Shown: positions 50,318 through 63,973 of the stretch, piece after piece
Layout of the letters: every line of letters begins with the position of its first letter
How positions within the stretch are numbered: position 1 is the first letter of the stretch
Source of the DNA: Alphaproteobacteria bacterium
Lineage (GTDB): Bacteria > Pseudomonadota > Alphaproteobacteria > UBA828
Length of the DNA: 64,000 bases
Assembly: GCA_963422645.2 (NCBI GenBank)
Contig: CAXXVO010000013.1
Coordinates: forward strand, 32,001 to 96,000
Direction of reading: 5' to 3'
Notes under the pieces: generated by a model
Databases searched by the model: none
What the model saw: the letters and a program-made list of their open reading frames with translations, nothing else
Told to the model about the DNA's origin: nothing
Translations under genes and position numbers: made by a program

Positions 50318-51703
50318 ATGGCGGAATTCGACCTTCTGGTGATCGGCGGCGGCTCGGGCGGCGTGGCCTGCGCCAGGCGCGCGGCTGGCTACGGCGCGCG
50401 GGCGGCAGTGATCGAGAACGACCGGCTCGGCGGCACCTGCGTCCACCGGGGCTGCATCCCCAAGAAGCTCCTGGTCTACGCCTCGCACTTCAGCCACGAC
50501 TTCGAGGACGCCGCGGGCTACGGCTGGACCGTGGGCGAGCGCGCCTTCGACTGGCCGGCGATGGTAGAGGCCAAGTCGGCCGAGCTCGACCGGTTGGAAG
50601 GCATCTACGAGCGCTTGCTACGCAACGCCAGCGCCACGTACATCCCCGGCACCGGCCGCCTGCTCGACGCCCACACGGTTGCCGTGGGGGACGAGACGCA
50701 CCGCGCCGAGACCATCGTGATCGCCACCGGCGGCCGGCCGACCATGCCCGCTATCCCCGGCATCGAGCACGCCATCAGCTCGGACGAGATGTTCGATCTG
50801 CCGGCGCTGCCCGAGCGTATGGTGATCGTGGGCGGCGGCTACATCGCCTGCGAGTTTGCCTGCATCATGCAGGGCCTCGGCTCTTCTGTGACCCAGCTCT
50901 ACCGGCGCGACCTGCCCTTGCGCGGTTTCGACCTCGACCTGCGCGAAGTGCTCTGCGAGGAGATGCGCAAGGGCGGGGTCGACCTCAGGCTCAACACCAA
51001 CGCGGTTTCGCTCAGCCGCAAGGGGTCGGCGATCGCGGTCGCGACGACGACCGGCGAGACCATCGAGGCGGACCAGGTGCTGTTCGCCACCGGGCGGAAG
51101 CCCAATGTCGCCGGCCTTGGGCTCGAGACAGCAGGCATCGAGCCCACCGAAGGAGGTGCCATCCCGGTCGACGGGTCGTCGCACACGGGCGTCGCCAACA
51201 TTTATGCCATCGGCGACGTCACCGACCGCATCAACCTGACGCCAGTGGCGATCCACGAGGGCCGCTGCATTGCCGAGACCCTCTACAACGACAACCCGCA
51301 GCAGCCGGATCACCGCGACGTCGCAACGGCGGTCTTCACCACGCCCGAGCTCGGCTCGGTGGGGCTCGCCGAGGAGGAAGCCCGGCAGGCCTTCCCCGCC
51401 GTGGACATCTACAAGACCCGGTTCCGCCCGCTCAAGCACACCCTGACTTCGCGGCAAGAGACCATCTTCATGAAGCTCGTCGTCGACCGCGCCTCGGGCC
51501 GAGTGGTAGGCTGCCACATGGTGGGCAACGGCGCAGGCGAAGCCGTGCAGCTACTCGGCATCGCCGTCAAGGCTGGCGCGACCAAGGCCCAGTTCGACGC
51601 AACCATGGCGGTGCACCCGACTGCGGCGGAGGAGTTCGTCACCATGTACGAGCCGGTGCCGGAGCCCGCAGACCCGGCTGCCGCCGAGGCCGCTCAAGCG
51701 TGA
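50318..51703 (+). CDS. gor: Glutathione-disulfide reductase
   Basis: GGGSGG, GGTCVHRGCIPKK, LTPVAI, HPTAAEE. Confidence 0.93.
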   Translation: MAEFDLLVIGGGSGGVACARRAAGYGARAAVIENDRLGGTCVHRGCIPKKLLVYASHFSHDFEDAAGYGWTVGERAFDWPAMVEAKSAELDRLEGIYERLLRNASATYIPGTGRLLDAHTVAVGDETHRAETIVIATGGRPTMPAIPGIEHAISSDEMFDLPALPERMVIVGGGYIACEFACIMQGLGSSVTQLYRRDLPLRGFDLDLREVLCEEMRKGGVDLRLNTNAVSLSRKGSAIAVATTTGETIEADQVLFATGRKPNVAGLGLETAGIEPTEGGAIPVDGSSHTGVANIYAIGDVTDRINLTPVAIHEGRCIAETLYNDNPQQPDHRDVATAVFTTPELGSVGLAEEEARQAFPAVDIYKTRFRPLKHTLTSRQETIFMKLVVDRASGRVVGCHMVGNGAGEAVQLLGIAVKAGATKAQFDATMAVHPTAAEEFVTMYEPVPEPADPAAAEAAQA

Positions 51704-51808
51704 CGCAGGCATAGGCCGGCCCGGATGAAGCAGAGGAAAATGCTGGCACGACGGGCGGTTCGGGCGTATAGCACCGCAACAACGCGATAATTTCCGCGGG
51801 AGAAGGAT

Positions 51809-53191
51809 ATGCCCGGCACGTGGAATCCCGGCCGCTGGCGCGGACTGCCGGTCAAGCAGCAGCCGCAATGGCCCGATTTGGCCGCACTCGCCTCGGCCGA
51901 GGAACGCCTTCAGACGTCACCCCCGTTGGTCTTCGCCGGCGAGGCGCGCAGGCTGCGCGAGCGCCTGGCACGGGTCTGTGAAGGCCAGGCCTTCCTTCTG
52001 CAGGGTGGCGATTGCGCCGAGAGCTTCGCCGAGTTCCACCCCGACACCGTGCGCGACACCTTCCGGGTGCTGCTGCAAATGGCGGTGGTGCTGACCTATG
52101 GCGCCAAGGTGCCCGTGATCAAGGTGGGCAGGCTGGCGGGCCAGTTCGCCAAGCCACGCTCGTCGGACACTGAGACCGTGGATGGCACGACGCTCCCCGC
52201 CTATCGCGGCGACATGGTCAATGGCATGGCCTTCGACGAGGAAGAGCGGACGCCCGTGCCGCAACGCCTAGTCCGGGCCTACGGCCAGTCCGCGTCGACC
52301 CTAAACCTGCTGCGCGCGCTCGCCCAGGGCGGCTATGCCAACCTCCACGCCGTGCACCGCTGGAACCTGGGCTTCGTCGCCGAGAGCACGCAAGGCACGC
52401 GCTACGAGGCTCTAGCCACTCAGATCGGCGAGACGCTCGACTTCATGGAGGCTTGCGGGCTCACCGAGGAAACCTCGCCCCAGATTCGGGAGACCGAGTT
52501 CTACACCTCTCACGAGGCCCTGATCCTCGCGTACGAGCAGGCGCTGACCAGAATCGATTCCACCACCGGCGAGTGGTACGACTGCTCGGCGCACATGCTC
52601 TGGATCGGTGACCGCACGCGCCAGCCGGACGGCGCCCACGTGGACTTCCTGAGCGGCGTCGGCAACCCCATCGGGCTCAAGGCAGGCCCGAGCCTGGAGC
52701 CGGATGGCCTGCTCGCCCTCATCGACCGACTCAACCCGCACAACCAGCCCGGCAAGCTCACCGTCATCGCGCGCATGGGGCACGAGGCCGTCGAAGGCAA
52801 GCTGCCGCCCCTGGTGCGGGCGGTGCGGCGGGAAGGCCGGCACGTGCTCTGGGCCTGCGATCCGATGCACGGCAATACGATCAAGTCGTCCAACGGCTAC
52901 AAGACCCGCGTCTTCGACCAGGTCCTGTCGGAGGTGCGCGGCTTCTTCGCGGTGCACCGGGCCGAGGGCACGCACCCCGGCGGAGTCCACTTCGAGATGA
53001 CCGGACAGGACGTGACCGAGTGCCTGGGCGGTGCCCAGGCGATCACGGAGGAAGATCTCTCCAGCCGATACCACACCCACTGCGACCCACGGCTCAACGC
53101 CTCGCAGGCGCTGGAGCTCGCCTTCCTTATCGCTGAACATCTGAGGGAGGAGCGAGCGGCCATCGTCCAGCCAAGGGCGCTGCACGGCTAG
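51809..53191 (+). CDS. Class II DAHP synthase
   Basis: [38 protein letters not shown]. Confidence 0.96.
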   Translation: MPGTWNPGRWRGLPVKQQPQWPDLAALASAEERLQTSPPLVFAGEARRLRERLARVCEGQAFLLQGGDCAESFAEFHPDTVRDTFRVLLQMAVVLTYGAKVPVIKVGRLAGQFAKPRSSDTETVDGTTLPAYRGDMVNGMAFDEEERTPVPQRLVRAYGQSASTLNLLRALAQGGYANLHAVHRWNLGFVAESTQGTRYEALATQIGETLDFMEACGLTEETSPQIRETEFYTSHEALILAYEQALTRIDSTTGEWYDCSAHMLWIGDRTRQPDGAHVDFLSGVGNPIGLKAGPSLEPDGLLALIDRLNPHNQPGKLTVIARMGHEAVEGKLPPLVRAVRREGRHVLWACDPMHGNTIKSSNGYKTRVFDQVLSEVRGFFAVHRAEGTHPGGVHFEMTGQDVTECLGGAQAITEEDLSSRYHTHCDPRLNASQALELAFLIAEHLREERAAIVQPRALHG

Positions 53192-53193
53192 AG

Positions 53194-54366
53194 GTGCCGG
53201 GGCCCACGACGATGCCCCACAACGGCCCCCCCGACCGCGAGGTCGCTCGCTACACCGACCGCTACTTCACGCGCACGCGCGAAGCGGTCGGCCGCTTCGG
53301 CGACGCCCGGGTCACCTATGCGCTCTTCATGCGGCGGCCGGTCTGTTTCGCGCCCCGCCTGATGATTGAGTGGCTGGAAGCGGTTGCTGCCGAGCGTGAC
53401 ACCGAGTTCACCGTCGAATGCCAATTCGAGGAGGGCGAGTGGGTCGGCGCGGGCGAGCCGCTCATCTATCTCTCGGGCTCCTTCCGTCACCTGGTCGATC
53501 TGGAGACGCTCTACCTGCAGCGGCTGGGCGCCACCTGCGTCGCCGCCTACAACGCCTACGCCATGTCGCGGAGCCTGCCCACGGTTGCGTTCCTGGCGAT
53601 GGACGCACGCCATTGCGCGGGCCTGGAGATGGCCGAGATGATGGCCTACGCCGCAAGCGTCGGCTCGAATACGGCGAAGCAGGAGTGCGGCGCGGTCGGC
53701 TTCATCGGCAACGCCACCGACGCGACCGCCCACTACTTCGGCAATCAGCGGGGCTACGGCACCATGCCCCACGCCTTCATCGGCTACGCGGGCTCGACCC
53801 TCCGCGCCGCCGAGATGTATCACGAGATCTTCGCGGGCGAGCCGATGACCGTGCTCGTCGACTATTACGGGCAGGAGATCACCGACACGCTCGCCGTGTG
53901 CCGGCGCTTCCCCGACCTCGTCGCGCGCGGCGAGCTGAGCATCCGCCTCGATACCCACGGCAGCCGCTATGTCGAGGGCCTGGACATGGCGAAGTCCTAC
54001 GCCGTGCTGGAGCGCTATAGCCCCAACGCGGTGCGCGAATACCGCACCGAGGCGGAGCTGCGCTGGTTGCACGGCACCGGCGTCAGCGCCGCGGCGCTCT
54101 TCCACCTGCGCATGGCAATCGACGAGGCCGGCTTCGAGCAGGTGAAGATCGTCGCGAGCTCCGGCTTCGGCCCGGCCAAGTGCAGGGTCATGGCCAGCGT
54201 GAGTGCGCCCATCGACGTGATCGGCACGGGCTCGTTCCTGCCCGAGAATTGGTCCGAGACCTTCGCGACAGCAGACGTGGTGGACTACAACGGCACCGCG
54301 CGGGTCAAGCTCGGCCGCGAGTTCCTGCTGCGCAATGGCGCAGACGGATCGCCCCGCTCACGCTAG
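53194..54366 (+). CDS. Nicotinate phosphoribosyltransferase-like protein
   Basis: TDRYF, MDARH, GTMPH, LVDY, RLDTHG, ASSGF; next to nadE. Confidence 0.75.
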   Translation: MPGPTTMPHNGPPDREVARYTDRYFTRTREAVGRFGDARVTYALFMRRPVCFAPRLMIEWLEAVAAERDTEFTVECQFEEGEWVGAGEPLIYLSGSFRHLVDLETLYLQRLGATCVAAYNAYAMSRSLPTVAFLAMDARHCAGLEMAEMMAYAASVGSNTAKQECGAVGFIGNATDATAHYFGNQRGYGTMPHAFIGYAGSTLRAAEMYHEIFAGEPMTVLVDYYGQEITDTLAVCRRFPDLVARGELSIRLDTHGSRYVEGLDMAKSYAVLERYSPNAVREYRTEAELRWLHGTGVSAAALFHLRMAIDEAGFEQVKIVASSGFGPAKCRVMASVSAPIDVIGTGSFLPENWSETFATADVVDYNGTARVKLGREFLLRNGADGSPRSR

Positions 54367-54600
54367 AGCGCGTCCGTCTCTGGTGGACGCGCGACAGGCC
54401 GCGACCGCGGCCCGCCGCTCCTGCGGCGCCCGCGCGGAGGCGCCGGCCGCAGGCCGGCTGCCGTGAGCGATAAAGTGCGAGAGCGTTTCCGTGCGAAAGG
54501 GAAAAGCTCGAGCAAGCGACCGCCGGGACCACGCGAGCCGGGCGAACATTGACAATCGGGGCCGGCAGCCGCCGGCTCCTTTGTGTATAACCGGCCGACC

Positions 54601-56262
54601 ATGACCGACACGCTCGCCATCGCACTCGCCCAGCTCAACCCCACCGTGGGGGACCTGGAGGGCAACAAGGCGCTGATCCTGCGCGCCCGCGCCGAGGCCG
54701 CGGCCCAGGGCGCCGACCTCGTGGTCTGCACCGAGCTCGTGGTGACCGGCTACCCGCCCGAGGACCTCGTGCTCAAGCCGATGTTCCAGGAGCAGTCGCG
54801 GGCTGTCGTGGAGACACTCGCGGCGGTGACCGCGGACGGCGGGCCCGCGCTTCTCATCGGCGCGCCCTGGGTCGACGACGGCAAGCTTTACAACGCCGTG
54901 CTCCTGCTCGACGGCGGCGAGGTCGCTGCGCGACGATACAAGTACGAGCTGCCCAACTACGGTGTCTTCGACGAGGTGCGGGTGTTCGCGCGCGCCGGGC
55001 TGCCGGGACCGATCCCGTTCCGCGGCGTCCGCCTCGGCGCCATGGTGTGCGAGGACATGTGGTTCCCGGAGGTCGCCGAGTGCCTGGTCGAATCGGGCGC
55101 CGAGATCACGATCGTCATCAACGGCTCGCCCTTCGAGAGCGACAAGGAGGACGTCCGCCTCAACTGTGCCGTTGCCCGCATCGGCGAGACCGAGCTGCCG
55201 CTGATCTACGTGAACCAGGTGGGCGGCCAGGACGAACTCGTGTTCGACGGTGCCTCCTTCGTCCTCAACGCCGATCACAGCCTCGCCGCCCAGGCGCCGG
55301 CCTTCGACGAGGCTCTCGTGCTCACCCGCTGGAGTCGCGAGAGCGACGGCTGGCATTGCGCGCCGGGTCCGCGCGCCGCTCTTCCCGACGGCCACGCGGC
55401 GACGTACCGCGCCATGACGTTGGGGCTGGCCGATTACGTCGGGAAGAACGGCTTCCCCGGCGTGCTGATCGGGCTTTCCGGCGGCATCGATTCGGCGCTG
55501 ACGGCCGCCGTCGCCGTCGACGCGCTGGGCGCTGACCGGGTCTTCTGCGTCGTCATGCCGTCGCGCTACACGGCGCAGTCCTCCCTCGACGACGCGGCGG
55601 AATGCGCGCGCCTGCTGGGGATCCGCCACGAGGTGGTGGGGATCGAGCCGGCGGTGGACGCGCTCGGCGGAATGCTGGCGCCGATTTTCGCCGGCCGCGA
55701 CGCGGACGAGACCGAGGAGAACATTCAGGCGCGGGTGCGCGGCGTCATCCTGATGGCGATCAGCAACAAGCTCGGCCACATGGTGCTCACCACCGGCAAC
55801 AAGTCCGAGATGTCGGTGGGCTACGCCACGCTCTACGGCGACATGTGCGGCGGCTATTCGGTGCTGAAGGACGTCTACAAGACCGACGTGTTCGAGATGT
55901 CCCGCTGGCGCAACCGGAACTGGATGGAGGGGCTGAAGGGGCCACAGGGACCGGTGATTCCCGAGGCGATCATCGACAAGCCGCCGAGCGCGGAGCTTCG
56001 CCCCGATCAGACGGATCAGGACACGCTGCCTCCCTACGAGGTGCTGGACGACGTGCTGCGCGGCCTGGTGGAGGAAGAGTGCTCGACCGAGGAGATCGTG
56101 GCCCGCGGCCATGCGGCGGAGACTGCGGCGCGCATCTGGCGAATGCTCGACATCGCGGAATATAAGCGGCGCCAGGCGCCGCCCGGCATCAAGCTCACGC
56201 TGCGCTCCTTCGGCAAGGACCGCCGCTATCCCATCACCAACCGCTACCGCGGGACCGACTGA
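54601..56262 (+). CDS. nadE: Glutamine-dependent NAD+ synthetase
   Basis: Nitrilase domain (GYPPED, LPNYGVFDE, CEDMW) plus SGGIDS, ENIQAR, TGNKSE, PPSAEL. Confidence 0.96.
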   Translation: MTDTLAIALAQLNPTVGDLEGNKALILRARAEAAAQGADLVVCTELVVTGYPPEDLVLKPMFQEQSRAVVETLAAVTADGGPALLIGAPWVDDGKLYNAVLLLDGGEVAARRYKYELPNYGVFDEVRVFARAGLPGPIPFRGVRLGAMVCEDMWFPEVAECLVESGAEITIVINGSPFESDKEDVRLNCAVARIGETELPLIYVNQVGGQDELVFDGASFVLNADHSLAAQAPAFDEALVLTRWSRESDGWHCAPGPRAALPDGHAATYRAMTLGLADYVGKNGFPGVLIGLSGGIDSALTAAVAVDALGADRVFCVVMPSRYTAQSSLDDAAECARLLGIRHEVVGIEPAVDALGGMLAPIFAGRDADETEENIQARVRGVILMAISNKLGHMVLTTGNKSEMSVGYATLYGDMCGGYSVLKDVYKTDVFEMSRWRNRNWMEGLKGPQGPVIPEAIIDKPPSAELRPDQTDQDTLPPYEVLDDVLRGLVEEECSTEEIVARGHAAETAARIWRMLDIAEYKRRQAPPGIKLTLRSFGKDRRYPITNRYRGTD

Positions 56263-56265
56263 GCC

Positions 56266-57645
56266 ATGACGCTCACGCTGCACAACACGCTGACCCGCAA
56301 GCGCGAGCCGCTGGAGCCCGTGCGCCCGGGCCACGTCGGCATGTACGTCTGCGGGCCGACGGTCTACGACCTCGCTCACATCGGCAACGCCCGGCCCATC
56401 GTGGTGTTCGACGTGCTCTTCCGGGTGCTGAAGCGGCTCTATCCGTCCGTCACATACGTCCGGAACATCACGGACGTCGACGACAAGATCAACGCAGCCT
56501 CGCGCCGGACCGGCGAGCCCATCGAATCGATCACCGCGCGCACCACCAAGGCCTTTCACGAGGACATCGCAGCGCTCGGCGCCCTGCCGCCCGACGTGGA
56601 GCCGCGGGCGACAGCGCACGTGCCCCAGATGATCGCGCTCATCGAGGCGCTGATCGCGGCCGGCAACGCCTACGAGGCGGAGGGTCACGTGCTCTTCCAC
56701 GTGCCTTCGGCACCCCGCTACGGCGCCTTATCCCGCCGCAACCGCGACGAGATGATCGCGGGCTCGCGGGTCGAGACCGCGCCCTACAAGCGCGACCCGG
56801 CCGACTTCGTGCTGTGGAAGCCGAGCGACGAGACCCTGCCGGGCTGGGACAGCCCCTGGGGCCGCGGGCGGCCCGGCTGGCACATAGAGTGCTCGGCCAT
56901 GAGCCGCGCCTATCTCGGCGAAACCCTCGATATCCACGGCGGCGGGCTCGACCTGGTCTTCCCCCATCACGAGAACGAAATCGCGCAGAGCGAATGCGCC
57001 TGCCCCGGCCCCCCCTTCGCCCGACACTGGGTGCACAACGGCTGGCTCACCGTGGAGGGCGAGAAGATGTCGAAGTCCCTCGGCAACTTCATCACCATCC
57101 GCAACGCGCTCGCCGAGGCGCCGGGGGAGGTAATTCGTCTGGCCCTCCTGAGCACGCACTATCGGCATCCGATGGACTGGTCCGCCGAGGGGCTTGAGAA
57201 GGCGCGCCTCAACGTGGACAAGCTGTATAACGCGCTGCGCAACGCTGGCGTGGAGAACGGGGCGGCGGGCGACACGGTCGATCCCGAAGTCGAGGCCGCG
57301 CTCTGCGACGACCTGAACACGCCGAAGGCGCTCGCAGCGCTACACCGGCTCGCCGGCGACCTCAACCGGGCCGGCGACGAGGCGGCGCGCGCGCGAGCCT
57401 GTGCCGCATTGCGCGGCTCCGGCGCTCTGCTCGGGCTGCTGCAGGCCGACCCCGAGGCGTGGTTCCGCGGCGCGGAGCAGGAAGGCGGCATGAGCGACGC
57501 TGAAATCGAGGCGCTGATCGCCGCCCGAGCCGCCGCGCGGGGCCAGCGAGACTTCGCCGAGGCCGACCGCATCCGCGATGCGATGGCCGCAGAGGGCATC
57601 ACCCTCGAAGACAAGCCGGAGGGCACGCTGTGGCGCCGCGCGTGA
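56266..57645 (+). CDS. cysS: Cysteine--tRNA ligase
   Basis: [25 protein letters not shown]. Confidence 0.98.
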   Translation: MTLTLHNTLTRKREPLEPVRPGHVGMYVCGPTVYDLAHIGNARPIVVFDVLFRVLKRLYPSVTYVRNITDVDDKINAASRRTGEPIESITARTTKAFHEDIAALGALPPDVEPRATAHVPQMIALIEALIAAGNAYEAEGHVLFHVPSAPRYGALSRRNRDEMIAGSRVETAPYKRDPADFVLWKPSDETLPGWDSPWGRGRPGWHIECSAMSRAYLGETLDIHGGGLDLVFPHHENEIAQSECACPGPPFARHWVHNGWLTVEGEKMSKSLGNFITIRNALAEAPGEVIRLALLSTHYRHPMDWSAEGLEKARLNVDKLYNALRNAGVENGAAGDTVDPEVEAALCDDLNTPKALAALHRLAGDLNRAGDEAARARACAALRGSGALLGLLQADPEAWFRGAEQEGGMSDAEIEALIAARAAARGQRDFAEADRIRDAMAAEGITLEDKPEGTLWRRA

Positions 57646-57686
57646 GAGGTGGCGCACGCGCGACCTGCGCCCTGGCAGGCTGAGCC

Positions 57687-58502
57687 GTGGCGGGGAGCGA
57701 CCGGCGCAAGGCCTGCGCCGCGGCCCACGTCGATGCCGGAGCGCCAGCGGTGATCCTCGTGCGCACCCAGCTCGGCGAGAATGTCGGCGCTGCCGCCCGC
57801 GCCATGCTGAACTGCGGCCTCTCCGACCTGCGTCTCGTCCAGCCCCGCGACGGCTGGCCCAACGTGAAGGCGCTGGGCGCGGCCTCGGGTGCGGATACGG
57901 TGCTGAACGGCGTGCGGCTCTGCGCGACCGTGGAGGAGGCCGTGGCCGATCTCAATCTGGTCCACGCCACCACGGCCAGGCCGCGCGAGCTGCTGAAGCC
58001 GGAGCTCGCGCCGCGCGCGGCGGTCACGGCGTTGCGCGATGCGGGCCGGCAGGGTGCCCGCCTCGGCCTCCTCTTCGGGCCGGAGAAGGCCGGCCTCAAG
58101 AACGAGGAGCTGGTGCTGGCCGACGCCATCGTCCGGATTCCGCTCAACCCCGCCTTCGCCTCGCTCAACCTGGCTCAGGCGGTCCTGATCATGGCCTACG
58201 AATGGCGCCTCGTGAGCAGCCTGCCGGAGGAAGAGGAGGAGCCGGCGGCGCCGCCGACGGGAAGCGCCCGGCCCGCCACCAAGGACGAGATCCTGCACTT
58301 CTTCCGACACCTGGAAGGCGCGCTCGACGACCGCGACTTCTTCCCAACGCCAGAGATGCGGCCCAAGATGGTCCAGAACATGCGCACCATGTTCGAGCGC
58401 ATCTCGCTCACCCGCCAGGACGTGCAGACCCTGCGCGGTGTCGTGCGCTCGCTCACCGGTGAGCCGTCCCGGCGGCGCGAACCGCCGGGCTCGGCCGATT
58501 GA
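57687..58502 (+). CDS. TrmJ/TrmH-family RNA methyltransferase
   Basis: ENVGAAARAM, FGPEKAGL, SLNLAQAV. Confidence 0.9.
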   Translation: MAGSDRRKACAAAHVDAGAPAVILVRTQLGENVGAAARAMLNCGLSDLRLVQPRDGWPNVKALGAASGADTVLNGVRLCATVEEAVADLNLVHATTARPRELLKPELAPRAAVTALRDAGRQGARLGLLFGPEKAGLKNEELVLADAIVRIPLNPAFASLNLAQAVLIMAYEWRLVSSLPEEEEEPAAPPTGSARPATKDEILHFFRHLEGALDDRDFFPTPEMRPKMVQNMRTMFERISLTRQDVQTLRGVVRSLTGEPSRRREPPGSAD

Positions 58503-58526
58503 CACCGCACCGGCGCGGGCTATAGT
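58499..58526 (+). promoter_or_regulatory. Sigma70 promoter of rpsD
   Basis: TTGACA-N16-TATAGT. Confidence 0.7.
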
Positions 58527-58586
58527 GCGCCCGGCTCGCCGCCGGAGGCCGCGGGCGCACGCGATTCTCCCACCGGCACGGGCACA

Positions 58587-59201
58587 ATGAGCAAGCGACA
58601 GCAGTCGAAGTACAAGATTTGCCGGCGCCTCGGCGTCAACCTCTGGGGCCGCCCCAAGAGCCCCACAAACAGGCGCGACTACGGGCCAGGGCAGCACGGC
58701 CAACGGCGGCGCAAGCCGTCCGATTTCGGCGTGCAGCTCTCTGCCAAGCAGCGCCTGCGCGGCTACTACGGCAACATCACCGAGAAGCAGTTCCGCCGCT
58801 ACTACCACATCGCCGGCGACCGCAAGGGCGACACCGGCGAGAACCTGGTCGGACTGCTGGAGCGGCGCCTCGATGCCGTCGTCTACCGCATGAAGTTCGT
58901 GCCGACCGTGTTCGCGGCGCGCCAGTTCGTCAACCACGGCCACATCCTGGTCAATGGCCGCCGGGTTACGATCCCGAGCTACCTGGTGAAGGACGAGGAC
59001 CGCATCACGGTGCGCGAGCGCTCGAAGCAACTGCCGCTGGTGCTGGAGGCGATCGATTCGCCCGAGCGCGAGGTGCCGGACTACCTGGAGGTGGACCACG
59101 ACCGGATGGAGGGGCGCTTCATCCGAGCGCCCAAGTTCGTCGATGTGCCCTATCCGGTGCAGATGGAGCCCAATCTCGTCATCGAGTACTACTCGCGCTA
59201 G
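58587..59201 (+). CDS. rpsD: 30S ribosomal protein S4
   Basis: [27 protein letters not shown]. Confidence 0.98.
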   Translation: MSKRQQSKYKICRRLGVNLWGRPKSPTNRRDYGPGQHGQRRRKPSDFGVQLSAKQRLRGYYGNITEKQFRRYYHIAGDRKGDTGENLVGLLERRLDAVVYRMKFVPTVFAARQFVNHGHILVNGRRVTIPSYLVKDEDRITVRERSKQLPLVLEAIDSPEREVPDYLEVDHDRMEGRFIRAPKFVDVPYPVQMEPNLVIEYYSR

Positions 59202-59298
59202 GCCTCGCGCGTTTACGCCCCCCTGCGCTCTCGATTGACAGGGCGCTCTATCCCGGCTTTTGTCTGCCCTAGGAATCCGAGGGTAAGGGAGGAGAGTG

Positions 59299-59883
59299 AT
59301 GGGCGCGTTGGCATTCGAGCATCATCTGCTGAAGGAAGCCGGTACCAGTCCCAATAACGGGGCGCTGCCGCTCATCGTCTATCGGGGCGCCATCGGTGTC
59401 GGCGGCGACGAGCCGGAGGCGGCGGTCGAGCGGCATTTCGACTCCAATGGCTGGGGCGACGGCTTTCGCGGCGATACCTTTCCCTTTCACCACTACCATT
59501 CGATCGCCCACGAGGTTGTGGGCTGCGCGCGCGGCGCGGCGCGACTCCAGTTCGGCGGGCCGGATGGGCCGGTGGTCGACGTGCAGGCCGGAGACGCCGT
59601 GCTGATCCCGGCGGGTGTGGTCCACTGCCGGCTCGACGACAAGCCGGGCTACGTCAGCATCGGCGCCTACCCGCCGGGCCAGCAGCCGGACCTCTGCGTG
59701 CTCTCGAATCAGGACGCCGAGGTCTCCGACGCCAGGGACGATACCGAGGGGCTTGAGCTCAAGGTTGTGGGCGAAGCGGAGATGCCCGCGATCAGGGCCT
59801 CCATCGCCGCGGTCCCGCTGCCGAAGACCGACCCGCTGGCGGGCGGCAGCGGCCCGGTGGCCGATCTCTGGCTGGAGGGCTGA
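59299..59883 (+). CDS. Cupin protein (YjlB-like)
   Basis: FHHYHSIAHEV, GDAVLIPAGVVH, GAYPPG. Confidence 0.8.
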   Translation: MGALAFEHHLLKEAGTSPNNGALPLIVYRGAIGVGGDEPEAAVERHFDSNGWGDGFRGDTFPFHHYHSIAHEVVGCARGAARLQFGGPDGPVVDVQAGDAVLIPAGVVHCRLDDKPGYVSIGAYPPGQQPDLCVLSNQDAEVSDARDDTEGLELKVVGEAEMPAIRASIAAVPLPKTDPLAGGSGPVADLWLEG

Positions 59884-59892
59884 ACGCCCTCC

Positions 59893-60237
59893 TCAGTCAA
59901 ACACGCTGCAGTCCAGCGAGAGCTTCTCCCCGAGCCAGAGCGGGTAGTCGCGGTGGTCGGCGAGATCGTCGCCGGTGTTCGGGTGCACCAGCACCGAGTG
60001 GCCCCGGCGGTTGAGCATCAGCCAGGGCACGAACTCGGCGAAAAGGGCCGGCTCGAAGGCTACCTGGAACATGTGCATGGGATGGGGCCCCACGAGCTTA
60101 TCGCGCCAGCGCCCGAGCCGCACGGGGAAGCGTGCGATCAGACCGGTCCTGACCTCCGCAGCGGTCTGCCGCGTGGCCGGCTCGTAATAGACGTGGGCGT
60201 GGTAGCTGGCGATTGTCGCCAGCGGCAGTGGGATCAA
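59893..60237 (-). CDS. DOPA 4,5-dioxygenase family protein
   Basis: [23 protein letters not shown]. Confidence 0.88.
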   Translation of the reverse strand: MIPLPLATIASYHAHVYYEPATRQTAAEVRTGLIARFPVRLGRWRDKLVGPHPMHMFQVAFEPALFAEFVPWLMLNRRGHSVLVHPNTGDDLADHRDYPLWLGEKLSLDCSVFD

Positions 60238-60587
60238 GCGCGCGGCTCGACGCTGACGCCCTTTGTGCTCAGGAGCTCCGAAAGCTCGCCGGTCTCGTAC
60301 ATCTCGCGGACGATGTCGCAGCCGCCCACGAACTCGCCCTTGACGTAGAGCTGCGGGATCGTCGGCCAGTCGCTCAAGCTCTTGATGCCCTGCCGGACCT
60401 CAGGGTCCTCGAGCACGTCGAATCCCTTGAAGCGCACGCCGAGCAGCGAGAGCATCTGCACCACCGTGGCGGAGAACCCGCACTGCGGGAACACGGGCGT
60501 CCCCTTCATGAACAGAACGACATCGTGCTCGTCGATGAAGCCCCGGATGCGATTCTCGACCGGTGCGCTGGTCGTGGCCTCGATCAT
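60234..60587 (-). CDS. grxD: Monothiol glutaredoxin Grx4
   Basis: [19 protein letters not shown]. Confidence 0.95.
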   Translation of the reverse strand: MIEATTSAPVENRIRGFIDEHDVVLFMKGTPVFPQCGFSATVVQMLSLLGVRFKGFDVLEDPEVRQGIKSLSDWPTIPQLYVKGEFVGGCDIVREMYETGELSELLSTKGVSVEPRA

Positions 60588-60614
60588 GCGAATTCCCCTT
60601 TCACTTTCAGTCAG

Positions 60615-60854
60615 TTATGCGTCCGCGGGGACGCTGGTTTGGAGCGCGAGCGCGTGCAGCTGATCGCCCATCCGCCCGCGCAGCGCGCGGTAGACCATCT
60701 GATGCTGCTCCACCCGCGACTTGCCGGCGAATGCGGCCGAAACCACGCGCGCCGCGTAGTGATCGCCGTCGCCGCGCAGGTCGTCGATATGGATCTGGGC
60801 GTCAGGGAGCGCCTCTAGAATGAGCTGCTCGATCTCCTGAACGTCCATGGGCAT
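60615..60854 (-). CDS. BolA family protein
   Basis: GDGDHY, FAGKSRVEQHQMVY, LHALAL; adjacent to grxD. Confidence 0.92.
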   Translation of the reverse strand: MPMDVQEIEQLILEALPDAQIHIDDLRGDGDHYAARVVSAAFAGKSRVEQHQMVYRALRGRMGDQLHALALQTSVPADA

Positions 60855-60891
60855 CGGCGGTGCTTTCAGGCGTTGCGTTCTGCGGGTGCAC

Positions 60892-63149
<2,258 letters not shown>

Positions 63150-63153
<4 letters not shown>

Positions 63154-63839
63154 GAGAGCGCCCCCACCAGGTGATCGAACATGGGGCGTCCGTCGGCGCC
63201 GCCCAGCGCAGGCTCCGCGGCGCGCTCGGGATGCGGCATCAGGCCGAGCACCGTGCGTGCCGGATTGAGGATGCCCGCGATATCGGCGGCGGAGCCGTTG
63301 GGGTTGGCCTCGCCATCGGCCGCGCCGTCGCCCCCCACGTAGCGGAAGGCGACCAGCCCCTCGCCTTCGAGCCGGGCCAGCGTCTCCTCATCGGCGCAGT
63401 AGTTGCCCTCGTGATGGGCGACCGGCATCCGCACCACCTGGCCGGCCTGGTAGCCGGCGGTGAACGGGCTCGCGGCCTCCTCGACGCGCAGGCTCACCCA
63501 GCGGCAGACGAAGCGGAGCCCCGCGTTGCGCATCAGCGCGCCGGGCAGCAGCCCCGCCTCGGTCGCCACCTGGAAGCCGTTGCAAATGGCCAGGACATGC
63601 ACGCCCTCCTTCGCCCGCTTCACCACGTCCACCATCACCGGCGAGCGCGCCGCCATGGCGCCCGCGCGCAGGTAGTCGCCGTGGGCGAAGCCGCCGGGCA
63701 GCACGATCAGGTCGCAGGCGGGCAGCACGCTCTCGTCGTGCCAGACCAACGCCGGCGCCCGGCCCGTGCTGGCCTCCAGCGCCACCTCGACATCCCGGTC
63801 GCAGTTGGAGCCGGGAAAGACGATGACGGCGGCCTTCAT
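63150..63839 (-). CDS. purQ: Phosphoribosylformylglycinamidine synthase subunit PurQ
   Basis: FPGSNCD, ICNGFQ, NPNGS, MPHPER. Confidence 0.98.
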
Positions 63840-63873
63840 CGCACCCTCCCGGCCGGAAGAGCGTGAGCAAGCG

Positions 63874-63973
63874 CCCCCTCCTCACCCCGGCCCTCTCCTC
63901 CCCCGAGGAGAGGAGAGGGAGAAATGGCCCGCGCCGCCTGCGTTCCCCCTCCGCCCTCTCCTCCCCGGGGAGA
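63874..63973. repeat. REP/RIME-like palindromic intergenic repeat
   Basis: CTCACCCCGG followed by CCCTCTCCTC (63891-63900) / GAGGAGAGGG (63910-63919) hairpin; second partial copy GCCCTCTCCTCCCCGGGGAGA near 63953. Confidence 0.55.

Noticed and set aside
54549-54591. TTGACA...TATAAC promoter for nadE
   Set aside because: The hexamers are 31 bp apart, too far for one sigma70 promoter; an extended -10 alone is possible but unsupported
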